From an uncultured Candidatus Saccharibacteria bacterium (lineage in GTDB: Bacteria > Patescibacteriota > Minisyncoccia > Phycocordibacterales > Zambryskibacteraceae), in the NCBI GenBank assembly GCA_964516975.1, contig CAZFAS010000001.1, positions 118,500 to 182,499 on the forward strand: DNA of 64,000 nt, in the 5' to 3' direction. Below are positions 44,274 through 53,905 of this stretch, in pieces. The stretch's first letter is position 1. Every line of letters begins with the position of its first letter. Made by a program: the position numbers and the translations under genes. The notes under the pieces were generated by a model that did no database searches, was not told the DNA's origin, and saw only the letters and a list, made by a program, of their open reading frames with translations.

Positions 44274-44301
44274 ATTGTATGCTTTTAGGGGTAAAAGTCA
44301 A
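44274..44301 (-). promoter_or_regulatory. putative greA promoter (TTGACT-16-TACAAT)
   Basis: minus-strand -35/-10 hexamers upstream of greA. Confidence 0.5.
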
Positions 44302-44353
44302 CTTACCTACAAGAGTAATACGTGGGGCAATACAAAAGAAATATAAAAAACGC

Positions 44354-44381
44354 TTGACAATAAAATTGGGCATGCTATAAT
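44354..44381 (+). promoter_or_regulatory. strong sigma70-like promoter TTGACA-16-TATAAT (divergent from greA)
   Basis: cgcTTGACAataaaattgggcatgcTATAATagg. Confidence 0.6.
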
Positions 44382-44389
44382 AGGCGCAG

Positions 44390-44772
44390 AAAAAAGCAGT
44401 ACGTTCGAAACAAAAAGAGCGAAGCGAAAAAGATAAAAGAAGAAGCGAAGCAAGACTCAAGACCCAAGAGCCAAAAAAGTAGTACACGAGCGGGATCAAC
44501 CCGCCCGTGCCGCACTACAAGCAAGTGGGCTTGAAAGCTTGGTTATCCTCCGAATCCGGATTTGGGCCCGCGTTGGCCCAAGACGTGAGTCGGACAAATC
44601 TGCGACCACCGATAGAGGTGAGAGGTGGCGTGAGATCAAAAGGGAGTCTTGGCCAGGCTGCGGGATTTGAGTGCCACCTTTCGCTCGCCAAGTTAGTAAA
44701 GTCACTCGAGCATTTGCTCGTAGTGCACCATTGCCCCGTCACACATCCAGTGTGACGGGGCTCTTTCTTTGT
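44390..44772 (+). ncRNA. candidate structured noncoding RNA (~380 nt, GC-rich), identity undetermined
   Basis: consensus promoter upstream, purine-rich 5' ~100 nt then multiple GC stems, rho-independent terminator CCCCGTCACAcatccagTGTGACGGGG+T at 3' end; ~55-58% GC in low-GC genome; only a weak GTG-start ORF without SD. Confidence 0.4.
44472..44510 (-). terminator. terminator-like hairpin on minus strand
   Basis: CACGGGCGGGttgatCCCGCTCGTG + TACTACTTTTTT on minus strand. Confidence 0.45.
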
Positions 44773-44788
44773 CAAAAACTTTTTATCA

Positions 44789-46498
44789 TTATTTAACGTA
44801 TTGTGGTGTATTAATATACATCCACTCTAGAAGTTGGCGCATTACGTATGTTGCTCCGATAGTGTTTGTTCGATCTCCTCTTTCCATAAGTACAGCAAAA
44901 GCGAAACGTGGATTTTCGTATGGGAAAAATCCTGTGACCCATGAATTCACTTTTTGTTTTGTTACACCAAGCTCTGCTGTTCCAGTTTTGGCAGCGACGG
45001 ATATTCCAGGCATCGAAAGACCTTTCGCTATGCCCTCATCAACTGAAAGTTTCATCCCCTCTTTTACAATTTGGAAATGATCGCCTGAAAGTGCAAGCGA
45101 CACGGTATCTTTACTTTCTCGAGGGTTATTCAAAATCACTGTTGGACGAAGTAGTGTGCCATTATTTGCAAGTGACGCTACTGCGCGCACCGCTTGAATA
45201 GGCGTCACCTGAAAACCATACTGACCGATAGAACTATTATACGTATCACCGATTCTCCACGGATCCCCTTTAAACGTTGCAGCTTTCCATTCTGGACTCG
45301 GAATATTTCCCACCTTTTCGCCCAAAAGGTCTATTCCCGTATTACTACCGAAACCAAACATTCGTATATATTTTTCAATATTTGCTATACCAAGGCCTTT
45401 TTGACCGTTATATCCCCCGCCAATCGTATAAAAATATTCATCAGATGATTCTGCAATTCCTTGTCTCATATCCACCCATCCATGCACCTTCCAGTCTTTA
45501 AATATAGTTTTCTTCGTTGGATCGTATGGATTTGGAATACTAATATAACCAATACTTAAAATCTTCTTGAGTGGATCAATCAAATTCTCTTCAAGAGCAC
45601 CGAGAGCGATATATGGCTTTACGATAGACCCTGGAATATAGAGACCTGAAATCGCTCGATCAATAAACGGATTATTTTTATTGAGCAAGATTTCCTGAAT
45701 CGCTTTCGAATCTGTACCATCTGTCATCACATTGAGATCAAACTCTGGATAACTTGTTATAGCAAGTATTTCACCATTATGAATATCCATAATGACCCCA
45801 GATCCTCCAGAAAAACCTCGATCAATCGCAGTAGATTTGATCGATTCAAACAATTTATTCTGTACACCAGCATCTATAGAGAGTGTGAGGTTGGCACCAT
45901 CTTTCGGAGGTGTCAGTAAACTCTCAGACTGAATATTACCAAGTGCATCTGTTTCTGTAATCTTAAGGCCATTCGTTCCAAGAAGCTCATTATTATAATA
46001 CTCCTCAACCCCACCCTTCGGAGTAAATTTTTCTTCATAATAAAATCCAGATTTATCTTTCGAAGGATATTTCACGAATCCGAGCACATGAGCAAATCCA
46101 GCTTGATTTATATATTTTCGAAAAGAAAAATCGCTTCCCGGATTTAGCTCATTCCATGCAAGCTCTTTTTTATTTCTATCCAGTATAAGTCCACGATCAG
46201 CATATATCGTCGTATGCTTCAAATGGTTCTTGTCACTACGTATTTGAAAAGCTTCACCTTGTTTCACTTGGAGGACCCACATCCTTCCAGTAAAAACAAT
46301 ACCAATTATTAAAAATAAAATACCTGTCAGAAGAAATGTGGTCTTTGAGATTGGCTTTTCGAGCCTTCCCTCAAACTGATGAGTGTCAAAATCTGGTAAG
46401 TTTGAAGAATCAAGAAATATTTCATCGGGATCAATCGTCCCTTTTGTATCAATTACTCCAGAATGAAATATTTTTCTTTTGATTCTCTTAAAGGTCAT
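44789..46498 (-). CDS. mrdA: penicillin-binding protein 2 (elongasome transpeptidase)
   Basis: SIVKP, SxN, KTGTA motifs; follows mreBCD. Confidence 0.85.
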   Translation of the reverse strand: MTFKRIKRKIFHSGVIDTKGTIDPDEIFLDSSNLPDFDTHQFEGRLEKPISKTTFLLTGILFLIIGIVFTGRMWVLQVKQGEAFQIRSDKNHLKHTTIYADRGLILDRNKKELAWNELNPGSDFSFRKYINQAGFAHVLGFVKYPSKDKSGFYYEEKFTPKGGVEEYYNNELLGTNGLKITETDALGNIQSESLLTPPKDGANLTLSIDAGVQNKLFESIKSTAIDRGFSGGSGVIMDIHNGEILAITSYPEFDLNVMTDGTDSKAIQEILLNKNNPFIDRAISGLYIPGSIVKPYIALGALEENLIDPLKKILSIGYISIPNPYDPTKKTIFKDWKVHGWVDMRQGIAESSDEYFYTIGGGYNGQKGLGIANIEKYIRMFGFGSNTGIDLLGEKVGNIPSPEWKAATFKGDPWRIGDTYNSSIGQYGFQVTPIQAVRAVASLANNGTLLRPTVILNNPRESKDTVSLALSGDHFQIVKEGMKLSVDEGIAKGLSMPGISVAAKTGTAELGVTKQKVNSWVTGFFPYENPRFAFAVLMERGDRTNTIGATYVMRQLLEWMYINTPQYVK

Positions 46499-46767
46499 GA
46501 GTGAAAAGTGAAGTGTTCCTTCATATAGAATGAAAGAAGAAACATAGCAGAAAGAATAAGTGTAAATGGCATACCCATAAGAAAACTGAGTTTGCCTGCG
46601 GCATACAGCGTATCAAGGATAAGTGCTACAGGCAATAATTCGTAAAACGAATTAAACATAAACACTAAATACAGACCAAATAGCACACTCACCCACCATG
46701 GAAGGAAGAACAGCGAGCTAAAAAGGATTACGTCACAGATGATACGAATACTATTATTTTTATTCAT
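46495..46767 (-). CDS. mreD: rod shape-determining protein MreD-like
   Basis: 90-aa polytopic membrane protein between mreC and mrdA. Confidence 0.5.
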   Translation of the reverse strand: MNKNNSIRIICDVILFSSLFFLPWWVSVLFGLYLVFMFNSFYELLPVALILDTLYAAGKLSFLMGMPFTLILSAMFLLSFYMKEHFTFHS

Positions 46768-47560
46768 GAATAATTTGTACCCAACTTAATTCAAAAATAT
46801 TTAGTGGATATGACAAATAGAGTGTCTTAAATGAGTCTGCCTCCGTTTCAGATATATGGCCCACGAGCGCAATCACATGAGAATGAAAAGCGGGAATAAT
46901 AACAGTGTCATTTGGATTTACTGTTAAATCTTTTGGTACTACAACAGTAAAATTTCCTCCGCCACTTCCCACAAGTTTGAGCGGAACACTACTCTTTGCA
47001 ATTTCAGCATCTATGGTAAACCCAGGATCAGAGTACATTCGAACTTTTGCAATCTTTCCATATACATCGAGCACTTCACCAAGGATCACACCCCCGACAC
47101 CGAGAACTTTGTCCCCTTTTGCGACAACCTCACCTCCTGTCTCAACATAAAAAAGATCGTATGGTGTTTCAAAAAAACGCGTGAGAATTCGAGCAGGGAT
47201 TGTGCGACCATTTGGTGTGGAAGATGATATACCTTTCAGCACTTCATTTTCTTTTTGCAAATATTCTGACTTTGATGCTTCGAGATTTGCAAGAAGTAAA
47301 TCCTGCTTAAGCTTCTCGTTTTCAGCAATGAGACTTGACTTTGAATAGAGAAAAGAAAACTTAGACTTTGCAGCATTAGAAACCGATTCACGAATCGCCC
47401 AAAGCGGTTTTGAAACTGGTTCAAGAATAGTAAACAAAAAATGTGGGAATAATCGTGAAATGAAAAAAGTTGCCACACAAAAAACAACGACGACTTTAAG
47501 TGCCATCGTAAATGATGCATTCTTTCGAGGTTTAGTTTTGAGCTGGTAATTCATCTTCAT
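46760..47560 (-). CDS. mreC: rod shape-determining protein MreC
   Basis: N-terminal TM, coiled coil, beta-barrel domains; start MKMNYQ overlapping mreB end (longest ORF to 47650). Confidence 0.75.
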   Translation of the reverse strand: MKMNYQLKTKPRKNASFTMALKVVVVFCVATFFISRLFPHFLFTILEPVSKPLWAIRESVSNAAKSKFSFLYSKSSLIAENEKLKQDLLLANLEASKSEYLQKENEVLKGISSSTPNGRTIPARILTRFFETPYDLFYVETGGEVVAKGDKVLGVGGVILGEVLDVYGKIAKVRMYSDPGFTIDAEIAKSSVPLKLVGSGGGNFTVVVPKDLTVNPNDTVIIPAFHSHVIALVGHISETEADSFKTLYLSYPLNIFELSWVQIIHE

Positions 47561-48608
47561 TCTGAATGAGTACTTCCCTAAAGCTATCGATATCTTCAAG
47601 AATAATACCCGTACCACGCGCAACCGCAGTAAGTGGATCAGACGCAACATGAATCGGAATCTTCAGTTCACTTTCTAAAAGCTCGGCGAGTCCTTTGATA
47701 AGTGCACCACCACCTGCAAGGTATATTCCTCTGTTCATAATATCAGAGAGAACTTCTGGTGGTGTAGTCTCGAGAACTTCGCGACTTGCTTCTATTAGGC
47801 TTGCTATCGATAGTGATATTGCTTCTCTAATATCTGAATCAGTAATAACAACCTCACGTGGAAGACCGGTCACAAGATCACGACCTTTAATAGAAGACTC
47901 GAGTGATCCTCCCATTGTAGGGATTACAGCACCAATCGCCATCTTAATATTTTCTGCAGTCTTCTCACCAATCAAGATTTTGAATTCACTGCGAATGTAC
48001 GAAATGATGTCGTTATTAAGCTTGTCACCTGCGATACGAAGATTTTTTGCTTTCACAACGCCGCCGAGTGAAATAACTGCGATATCAGATGTGCCTCCCC
48101 CAATATCAATAACCATACTTCCCACAGGATCATTTACAGGTAGTCGCATGCCGATAGCTGCAGCCATCGGCTCTTCTACAATATGCACCTCACCTGCTCC
48201 AGCATTTCGCGTTGCGTCACGGACTGCACGAATCTCAACATTGGTTATTCCTGATGGAACACCAACAACAACTCGCGGGCCAAACATTTTTTTATTATTT
48301 TTTTGCGCAGTATTGAGTAGGTACGTAATCATTTCTTCTGTCACTTCGAAATCCGAGATAACTCCATCGACAAGTGGTTTTACTGCGACGATGTGTGCTG
48401 GAGTACGTCCAAGCATTTGCTTTGCTTCATTGCCCACGGCTACCACTCTTCCTGTTTTTTGGTTTATCGCTACTACTGATGGCTCATTGATGACAATACC
48501 CGCACCCTTTACATACACAAGAGTATTTGCTGTTCCAAGATCAATACCAATGTCATTTCTGACAAAGTGTTTAAACTTTTCAAATGGTCCTTTTTTTTGC
48601 TTATCCAT
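47532..48608 (-). CDS. mreB: rod shape-determining protein MreB (actin homologue)
   Basis: IGIDLGTANTLVYVKG..., DIGGGTSDIAVIS, GGGALI motifs. Confidence 0.9.
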   Translation of the reverse strand: MDKQKKGPFEKFKHFVRNDIGIDLGTANTLVYVKGAGIVINEPSVVAINQKTGRVVAVGNEAKQMLGRTPAHIVAVKPLVDGVISDFEVTEEMITYLLNTAQKNNKKMFGPRVVVGVPSGITNVEIRAVRDATRNAGAGEVHIVEEPMAAAIGMRLPVNDPVGSMVIDIGGGTSDIAVISLGGVVKAKNLRIAGDKLNNDIISYIRSEFKILIGEKTAENIKMAIGAVIPTMGGSLESSIKGRDLVTGLPREVVITDSDIREAISLSIASLIEASREVLETTPPEVLSDIMNRGIYLAGGGALIKGLAELLESELKIPIHVASDPLTAVARGTGIILEDIDSFREVLIQNEDELPAQN

Positions 48609-48610
48609 AA

Positions 48611-49876
48611 TTATGAAAACAGTGAGCCGATCGTACCAGTAAGCACTCCTTCTTCTTTTACTATTTTTACTTCACCTGTCTTTCGATTTTTAACTTCAAC
48701 TGTTCCTTCCGCATTTCCTCTTTCACTCACAATCACCTGATACGGAATACCGATGAGATCTGCGTCAGCAAACTTCTCTCCTGCACGAGCATCTCGATCA
48801 TCATAGAGAACTTCAATATTTTTTTCTTCAAGGGTTTTATATATTTTCTCTGCACGCTCCTTTACACTTTCATCTTTGCTTCCAATCTCAATAAGGTGCA
48901 CTGCAAATGGTGCGACAGACTCAGGCCAGACTATTCCCTTGTCATCTGCGAGGACTTCTACGATTGTGCCCATAAGTCTACCGAGGCCGATACCATAACT
49001 ACCCATAATAACTGTTTTCTTCTCACCTTGTTCATCTGTATACGATAGACCGATAGGCTCTGAGAACTTTACACCGAGAGAAAATATATTCCCCACTTCA
49101 ATAGCCTTCTCCTCTGTAAAATCTTCTTTTGCATGGCCAAGTTCGGCAAGCACCTCAGGAGTGAATACTTCTTTATTGATAGCTATTCCTGCTTTTTTGT
49201 TGAGATAAATGATATCTTCACCTGCGTCGGTAAGTGTCTGAAATTCATGTGAATATTTACTGAAGCTTCCCCCCGAAGCAAAAGTCATATATGTCACATG
49301 ACCGATTCCCGCACGATTGAAAACATTGGTATATGCTACTTTTGATTTCTCATAAAATTCATTGTGCTCTGCTTCATCTTTTGAAAATGAATACAAGTCT
49401 TTCATGATAAACTCTCTTCCTCGAAGAATTCCGCTCTTTGCACGAAGTTCATTTCGAAACTTTGTTTGAAATTGATAGACGTATTGTGGGAGGTCGCGAT
49501 ACGAATTCACATATTCGGAAAGAATCGCAGTTAATGGTTCTTCATGGGTTGTAGCAAGGCCCACATCAGCACCACTTTTGAGCTGTGGTTTAAACCACAC
49601 ATCGATAACTTCATCACTCCATCTACCAGTCTTTGACCATACTTCACTACCTTGAAGTGCAGTCATTTCAATTTCCTGACCACCAAGCATGTTCATTTCC
49701 TCACGAATGATGTTTTCAATCTTTTTTAGTACACGAAGTCCGAGTGGCAATATGGCATATGCTCCTGCCATTTCCTTATGAATATATCCAGCGCGAATAA
49801 GGAGCTGAGCGTTTTTTGCAACCTCGTCTTTAGGTGCTTCCTTACGTGTTTTTGTGAAGAGTTTCGATTGTTTCAT
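48611..49876 (-). CDS. proS: proline--tRNA ligase
   Basis: class II motifs and anticodon-binding domain; start at MKQSKL (longest ORF 49939). Confidence 0.85.
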   Translation of the reverse strand: MKQSKLFTKTRKEAPKDEVAKNAQLLIRAGYIHKEMAGAYAILPLGLRVLKKIENIIREEMNMLGGQEIEMTALQGSEVWSKTGRWSDEVIDVWFKPQLKSGADVGLATTHEEPLTAILSEYVNSYRDLPQYVYQFQTKFRNELRAKSGILRGREFIMKDLYSFSKDEAEHNEFYEKSKVAYTNVFNRAGIGHVTYMTFASGGSFSKYSHEFQTLTDAGEDIIYLNKKAGIAINKEVFTPEVLAELGHAKEDFTEEKAIEVGNIFSLGVKFSEPIGLSYTDEQGEKKTVIMGSYGIGLGRLMGTIVEVLADDKGIVWPESVAPFAVHLIEIGSKDESVKERAEKIYKTLEEKNIEVLYDDRDARAGEKFADADLIGIPYQVIVSERGNAEGTVEVKNRKTGEVKIVKEEGVLTGTIGSLFS

Positions 49877-49961
49877 GAGGAAATAGTAACGCAATTTATT
49901 ATTCTCAGCAAACACTACTTGACACATGATAAAATACATGATAAATTTTTCTTAGAAAAAC

Positions 49962-50933
49962 TTGTTCGTTCCCACACACGGAGAAAATCTAATGGGAGAA
50001 AAAAAGAAGTCGAAGTCAACTTGGTTACTTGCGCTCGCAAAGTCGACCAAGATTCTCAAAGCAGTCAAGATCTTGAAATCTCTGAAGTTTTTCAAAATGT
50101 TCATCATGCTGTTCAGCATGGTGGCATCTGTCTTTTTCTACTCGTTTCGATTCGGTTGGAAATTCGCAACAGGTTTTGTACTTCTCATCTTTGTACACGA
50201 GATGGGGCACATAATTGCAATGCGAATGAAAAAGATGAACGCATCACTTCCGATGTTCATACCCATGCTTGGTGCAGTTATATTTGCACCTAAAATGGGT
50301 ACTCGTGAAGATGAAGCTTTTGTTGGAATCGGTGGCCCAGTACTTGGGAGTATCGGTGCACTTGCAGTTTTTGGTGCACACTTCTTCACCAATGCACCGG
50401 TATCAGATTTTTTGCTTACCCTATCATTCTTCGGTGTTGCGATTAATCTGTTCAACATGATTCCTATACGTCCACTTGATGGGGGTCGAATTACGCAGGT
50501 TGTCGGAGAATGGTTTCGGTGGGTAGGAGGCATTCTTTTGCTTGCGCTTACGCTGTTTGCAAAAGATCCTTCACTGCTTCTCATTTGGATCATCGTCATT
50601 CAGGATTTCACTTGGAAAAATCTTTGGCACAAATTTAATATCGGAGTTGCACTGCAGCTTTTGATGTTTACATTGATGCTCAGAGATTACGGCGGTATCA
50701 ACTTCCCTCGTTGGCAAATAATTGTCGATATGGTACTTGCTACTCTCCTTAACTTCGGCAGCTATTTATCTGCTTCCAAGGTAGTCGAGGAAACTACTGA
50801 AGATCGCCATGTTCTTCCGGTAGCTACCGCACCAACGCGATTTAAGTGGTTCGCATACTACCTTTTGGTTGTTGGTGGCCTCACGTGGATCATGTACTAC
50901 CAATCTTCACTACTCAGAAACATTGTGAAGTGA
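49962..50933 (+). CDS. M50-family (site-2 protease-like) membrane metallopeptidase
   Basis: HEMGH zinc motif in TM helix, polytopic; TGA stop. Confidence 0.6.
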   Translation: MFVPTHGENLMGEKKKSKSTWLLALAKSTKILKAVKILKSLKFFKMFIMLFSMVASVFFYSFRFGWKFATGFVLLIFVHEMGHIIAMRMKKMNASLPMFIPMLGAVIFAPKMGTREDEAFVGIGGPVLGSIGALAVFGAHFFTNAPVSDFLLTLSFFGVAINLFNMIPIRPLDGGRITQVVGEWFRWVGGILLLALTLFAKDPSLLLIWIIVIQDFTWKNLWHKFNIGVALQLLMFTLMLRDYGGINFPRWQIIVDMVLATLLNFGSYLSASKVVEETTEDRHVLPVATAPTRFKWFAYYLLVVGGLTWIMYYQSSLLRNIVK

Positions 50934-50937
50934 AGAT

Positions 50938-50972
50938 AGAACCCCGACGCTTCGCGTCGGGGGTTTCTTTTT
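50938..50972. terminator. bidirectional rho-independent terminator
   Basis: CCCCGACGCttcGCGTCGGGG + TTTCTTTTT. Confidence 0.65.
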
Positions 50973-50973
50973 A

Positions 50974-52068
50974 TTATCTCCAGAGTTTTATGATGTCATG
51001 AAAAGTCACTACAACCATAAGGAGAATAAGAATCACGAAGCCAACTGCGTTCAATGTATTTGCAACCTTCGGTGATAAAGATTTTCTTCGGATCGCTTCA
51101 ATAAGCAGAAAGAGAAGTCTTCCCCCATCAAGTGCTGGGAATGGGAGCAAGTTAATTACTGCAAGATTGATAGAGATTATCGCAGTAAATGAAAGTAAAT
51201 ATATAAATCCAAGCTTTGAGACATCTCCCACTAAGCCAACAATTCCTACAGGACCTGTAACCTGTGAGAGATCTCCTTTTCCAACAAATGCACTGCCTAT
51301 AAATCCTATAAGTCCAGTAGCGGTTTGCCATGTTGTATTAGCAGTTGTTTTAAGCCCCTCCCAAATTGCCTTATGGATTGGAAGTCGCATTATTCCAATC
51401 TCTTCCATGCGTACTCCGATAGCGATTTTCCCAGGGACTATTCCCTCTTCTGCTTTTACACGTGCTGAAAGCATTTCTTTTCCACGATTGATATCTACAG
51501 TTATCTCATCTCTTCCATGTGCTTCGATAAAATTCGAGATAATCTGCGGTGAAACTTCTTTGATCACATACTTACCTGAACTTGCACTTAGTATCACATC
51601 ACCTGCTTTTATACCTGATTTAAATGCTGGAGAATCTGGCGCAACTGTCGTCACTACTACATGTGGGTTTACCACAGCGCCCGGATTTGCACTATCAACC
51701 GGTGTTGGAAGTCCGATCATATATCCAAGTGTAATGAGAAGCCATGCAAAGAGCGCATTAAATAGTACTCCGCCGATGAGTACCGCTGCCTGGATATATC
51801 TTGGCTTATGAACAAAACTTCTTTCTTTCTCTGGTCCATCGATAGACTCTTCATTTGGTTCTTCACCAAAAATTTTTACAAATCCACCAAATGGAATCGC
51901 ATTTACTGAATACAAAGTCTCACCCTTTTGTTTGCCCCAAATTTTCGGTGGAAAGCCTATACCAAACTCCGTCACTTTGATTTTAGATTTCTTTGCAATA
52001 AGAAAATGTCCGAGTTCATGCACGAGTACAAGCACTGCAAGTATGATTACAAATATAATAAATGACAT
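50974..52068 (-). CDS. rseP: RIP zinc metalloprotease RseP (M50 with PDZ)
   Basis: HELGHFL motif, PDZ domain, C-terminal LDGG. Confidence 0.8.
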   Translation of the reverse strand: MSFIIFVIILAVLVLVHELGHFLIAKKSKIKVTEFGIGFPPKIWGKQKGETLYSVNAIPFGGFVKIFGEEPNEESIDGPEKERSFVHKPRYIQAAVLIGGVLFNALFAWLLITLGYMIGLPTPVDSANPGAVVNPHVVVTTVAPDSPAFKSGIKAGDVILSASSGKYVIKEVSPQIISNFIEAHGRDEITVDINRGKEMLSARVKAEEGIVPGKIAIGVRMEEIGIMRLPIHKAIWEGLKTTANTTWQTATGLIGFIGSAFVGKGDLSQVTGPVGIVGLVGDVSKLGFIYLLSFTAIISINLAVINLLPFPALDGGRLLFLLIEAIRRKSLSPKVANTLNAVGFVILILLMVVVTFHDIIKLWR

Positions 52069-52098
52069 CTGTGTATAAATTAAAATTAGTAGGTAAAC

Positions 52099-52650
52099 CT
52101 AGTTAAGGATCTCCTGCTCTTTCTTTGTAGCAAGTTCATCGAGTTTTTTGTTTGCCTCATCCACGATCTTTTGCATTTCTTCGAGAGCTCTGAATTTATC
52201 ATCCTCTACGATAGCTCCTGACTTTTCTTTTGCATCGATATCATTCTTTGTTTGTTCTCGTTCTTTGCGGAGGGTAATACGAGCTTCTTCGAGTTTTTGT
52301 TTTGAAACTTTCACAAGAGATGTTCTTCGTTCAGCAGTAAGTTCTGGAAAAATAACTCGAAGCCCCTTTCCATCTGACACGACAGAAAGCCCGAGTCCAG
52401 CATCTGTTATGCCCTTTTCGATAGCCTTGAGAAGTGTATTATCCCACGGTACTACACGAAGAGTTTTCGGATCTTCAGTTGTCACACTCGCAACCTGATT
52501 TACCGCCATACGTGATCCGTACGACTCTACTGAGACTGCATCAAGGATGATCGGTGTCGCACGACCTGTGCGAATAGATGAGTACTCTTTTTTGAGCCAC
52601 TCCTCAGTTTCTGATACTCGCTGTTTTAATGTGTTGAAGTTGTATGCCAT
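52099..52650 (-). CDS. frr: ribosome recycling factor
   Basis: canonical RRF sequence (...VDAVSVESYGS...). Confidence 0.9.
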   Translation of the reverse strand: MAYNFNTLKQRVSETEEWLKKEYSSIRTGRATPIILDAVSVESYGSRMAVNQVASVTTEDPKTLRVVPWDNTLLKAIEKGITDAGLGLSVVSDGKGLRVIFPELTAERRTSLVKVSKQKLEEARITLRKEREQTKNDIDAKEKSGAIVEDDKFRALEEMQKIVDEANKKLDELATKKEQEILN

Positions 52651-52683
52651 TTTTTCCTTATTCTATCAGAGCACGACCCAAAA

Positions 52684-53199
52684 TCAATGAAAACGCGTAA
52701 CGAGTGTAATAACCACTATTACAAAAATTATCTGAAGCACGGGGCCTAAAATATTGCGTCCCTTGAGTCGAATATCGGTATGCATGAAATCATGAAATCT
52801 CTGATGAGTAGTGAGTGGTTCCCGCTTTACTTGGTAGTACGTGAATTGCAATAGATCTGGGAGCACAGCGCCAAATGAACCCCATAGCACAGGACTAGTA
52901 AAAAGTGTTGCTACAGAATAAAAATCACGAAAGAAATATATTGTAATCGATAACCCAATAAGAAAATCTATACTGACTTTCACTAGATCAATAGCAAATG
53001 CTTTACCTCGAACGTTTATCGTACCATCGAGAGCATTCTCACTTGAACTCTTTGTACTCGAAAGAAGTGGGTAATCCCAGTGTGGCAATACATCAAGCAT
53101 GTAGTGCGAAAGTAATCCAAATACAAACGATGTCGCTGGATTCGCTTTTGCAAGAACACTGATCGCTCCTCCAGTAATAATGTGTGGCGTAAAAACCAT
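52684..53199 (-). CDS. membrane-bound metal-dependent hydrolase-like protein (DUF457/YdjM-like)
   Basis: polytopic, conserved His residues; TGA stop. Confidence 0.5.
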   Translation of the reverse strand: MVFTPHIITGGAISVLAKANPATSFVFGLLSHYMLDVLPHWDYPLLSSTKSSSENALDGTINVRGKAFAIDLVKVSIDFLIGLSITIYFFRDFYSVATLFTSPVLWGSFGAVLPDLLQFTYYQVKREPLTTHQRFHDFMHTDIRLKGRNILGPVLQIIFVIVVITLVTRFH

Positions 53200-53216
53200 A
53201 GAAAAAGATTATAGCA

Positions 53217-53894
53217 TTATACAACCGGTGTAATATGAGCAATATGCTCGAGAAGCATCTTGAGAGATGGTGACCTATCATCTACATACCCCTTAACAGA
53301 AATAACTTGGTGTAATGTATCCTGTAATTCCTTACTACTATTCTTTTTCATCTGTTCATACAATACAAACTCAATACCATTCAAAAGCATCTTTGCTCCT
53401 GCCTTATCTTTTTTCTCATGAAGTTCCTCTATTTGTTTTACCCTTTCGGCAAGGGTGCTCGAGAGAAACTTCTTTCCAATTTTTTGGATATCAGCAATGG
53501 GTCCTTCATGTTTAGAAAGGAAAAATACTCGTGACTGCAGTGTCGGCAAAAGCCGATCAAATGAATCAACGATAATAAAAAAGTGGGTATGCTCGGTCGG
53601 TTCCTCAAATACTTTAAGAAGTGCATTTTGCGCCTCAACGGTAATGCCTTGAAAACTGATTACAAATATTTTCTTGTTTCCAGATATCGACTTTCTCATC
53701 TGATCGAGTGAAAGCGCACGCGCATCATCAACGCCAAGCGTTTCAAATACTCTATATGTGTAATCTGGATTTCCTTGTAAATCGTAATCAAGAGTCTCCG
53801 TAAGAAAATTTTCAAGCAATGGAAGGACTACATCAGTCGAACCTTGTATTACATACGCATGATGTAAATTTTCAATATTAATATTTTCAAACAT
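53217..53894 (-). CDS. holB: DNA polymerase III delta' subunit-like (clamp loader)
   Basis: QNALLKVFEEP and TLQSR (SRC-like) motifs. Confidence 0.65.
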   Translation of the reverse strand: MFENINIENLHHAYVIQGSTDVVLPLLENFLTETLDYDLQGNPDYTYRVFETLGVDDARALSLDQMRKSISGNKKIFVISFQGITVEAQNALLKVFEEPTEHTHFFIIVDSFDRLLPTLQSRVFFLSKHEGPIADIQKIGKKFLSSTLAERVKQIEELHEKKDKAGAKMLLNGIEFVLYEQMKKNSSKELQDTLHQVISVKGYVDDRSPSLKMLLEHIAHITPVV

Positions 53895-53905
53895 GTATGA
53901 ATTAG

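Noticed and set aside
44507-44755. 82-aa GTG-initiated ORF inside the GC-rich 44.4-44.8 kb segment as a protein gene
   Set aside because: It has no SD, an unusual composition, and lies in a region dense with stable stems and bracketed by a promoter and terminator. It is more parsimoniously part of an ncRNA.
18005-49961. T-box leaders upstream of cysS, lysS and proS
   Set aside because: Upstream intergenic spaces are only ~25-105 nt, too short for a T-box. No specifier/T-box motif (AATTAGGGTGGNACCGCG) was seen.
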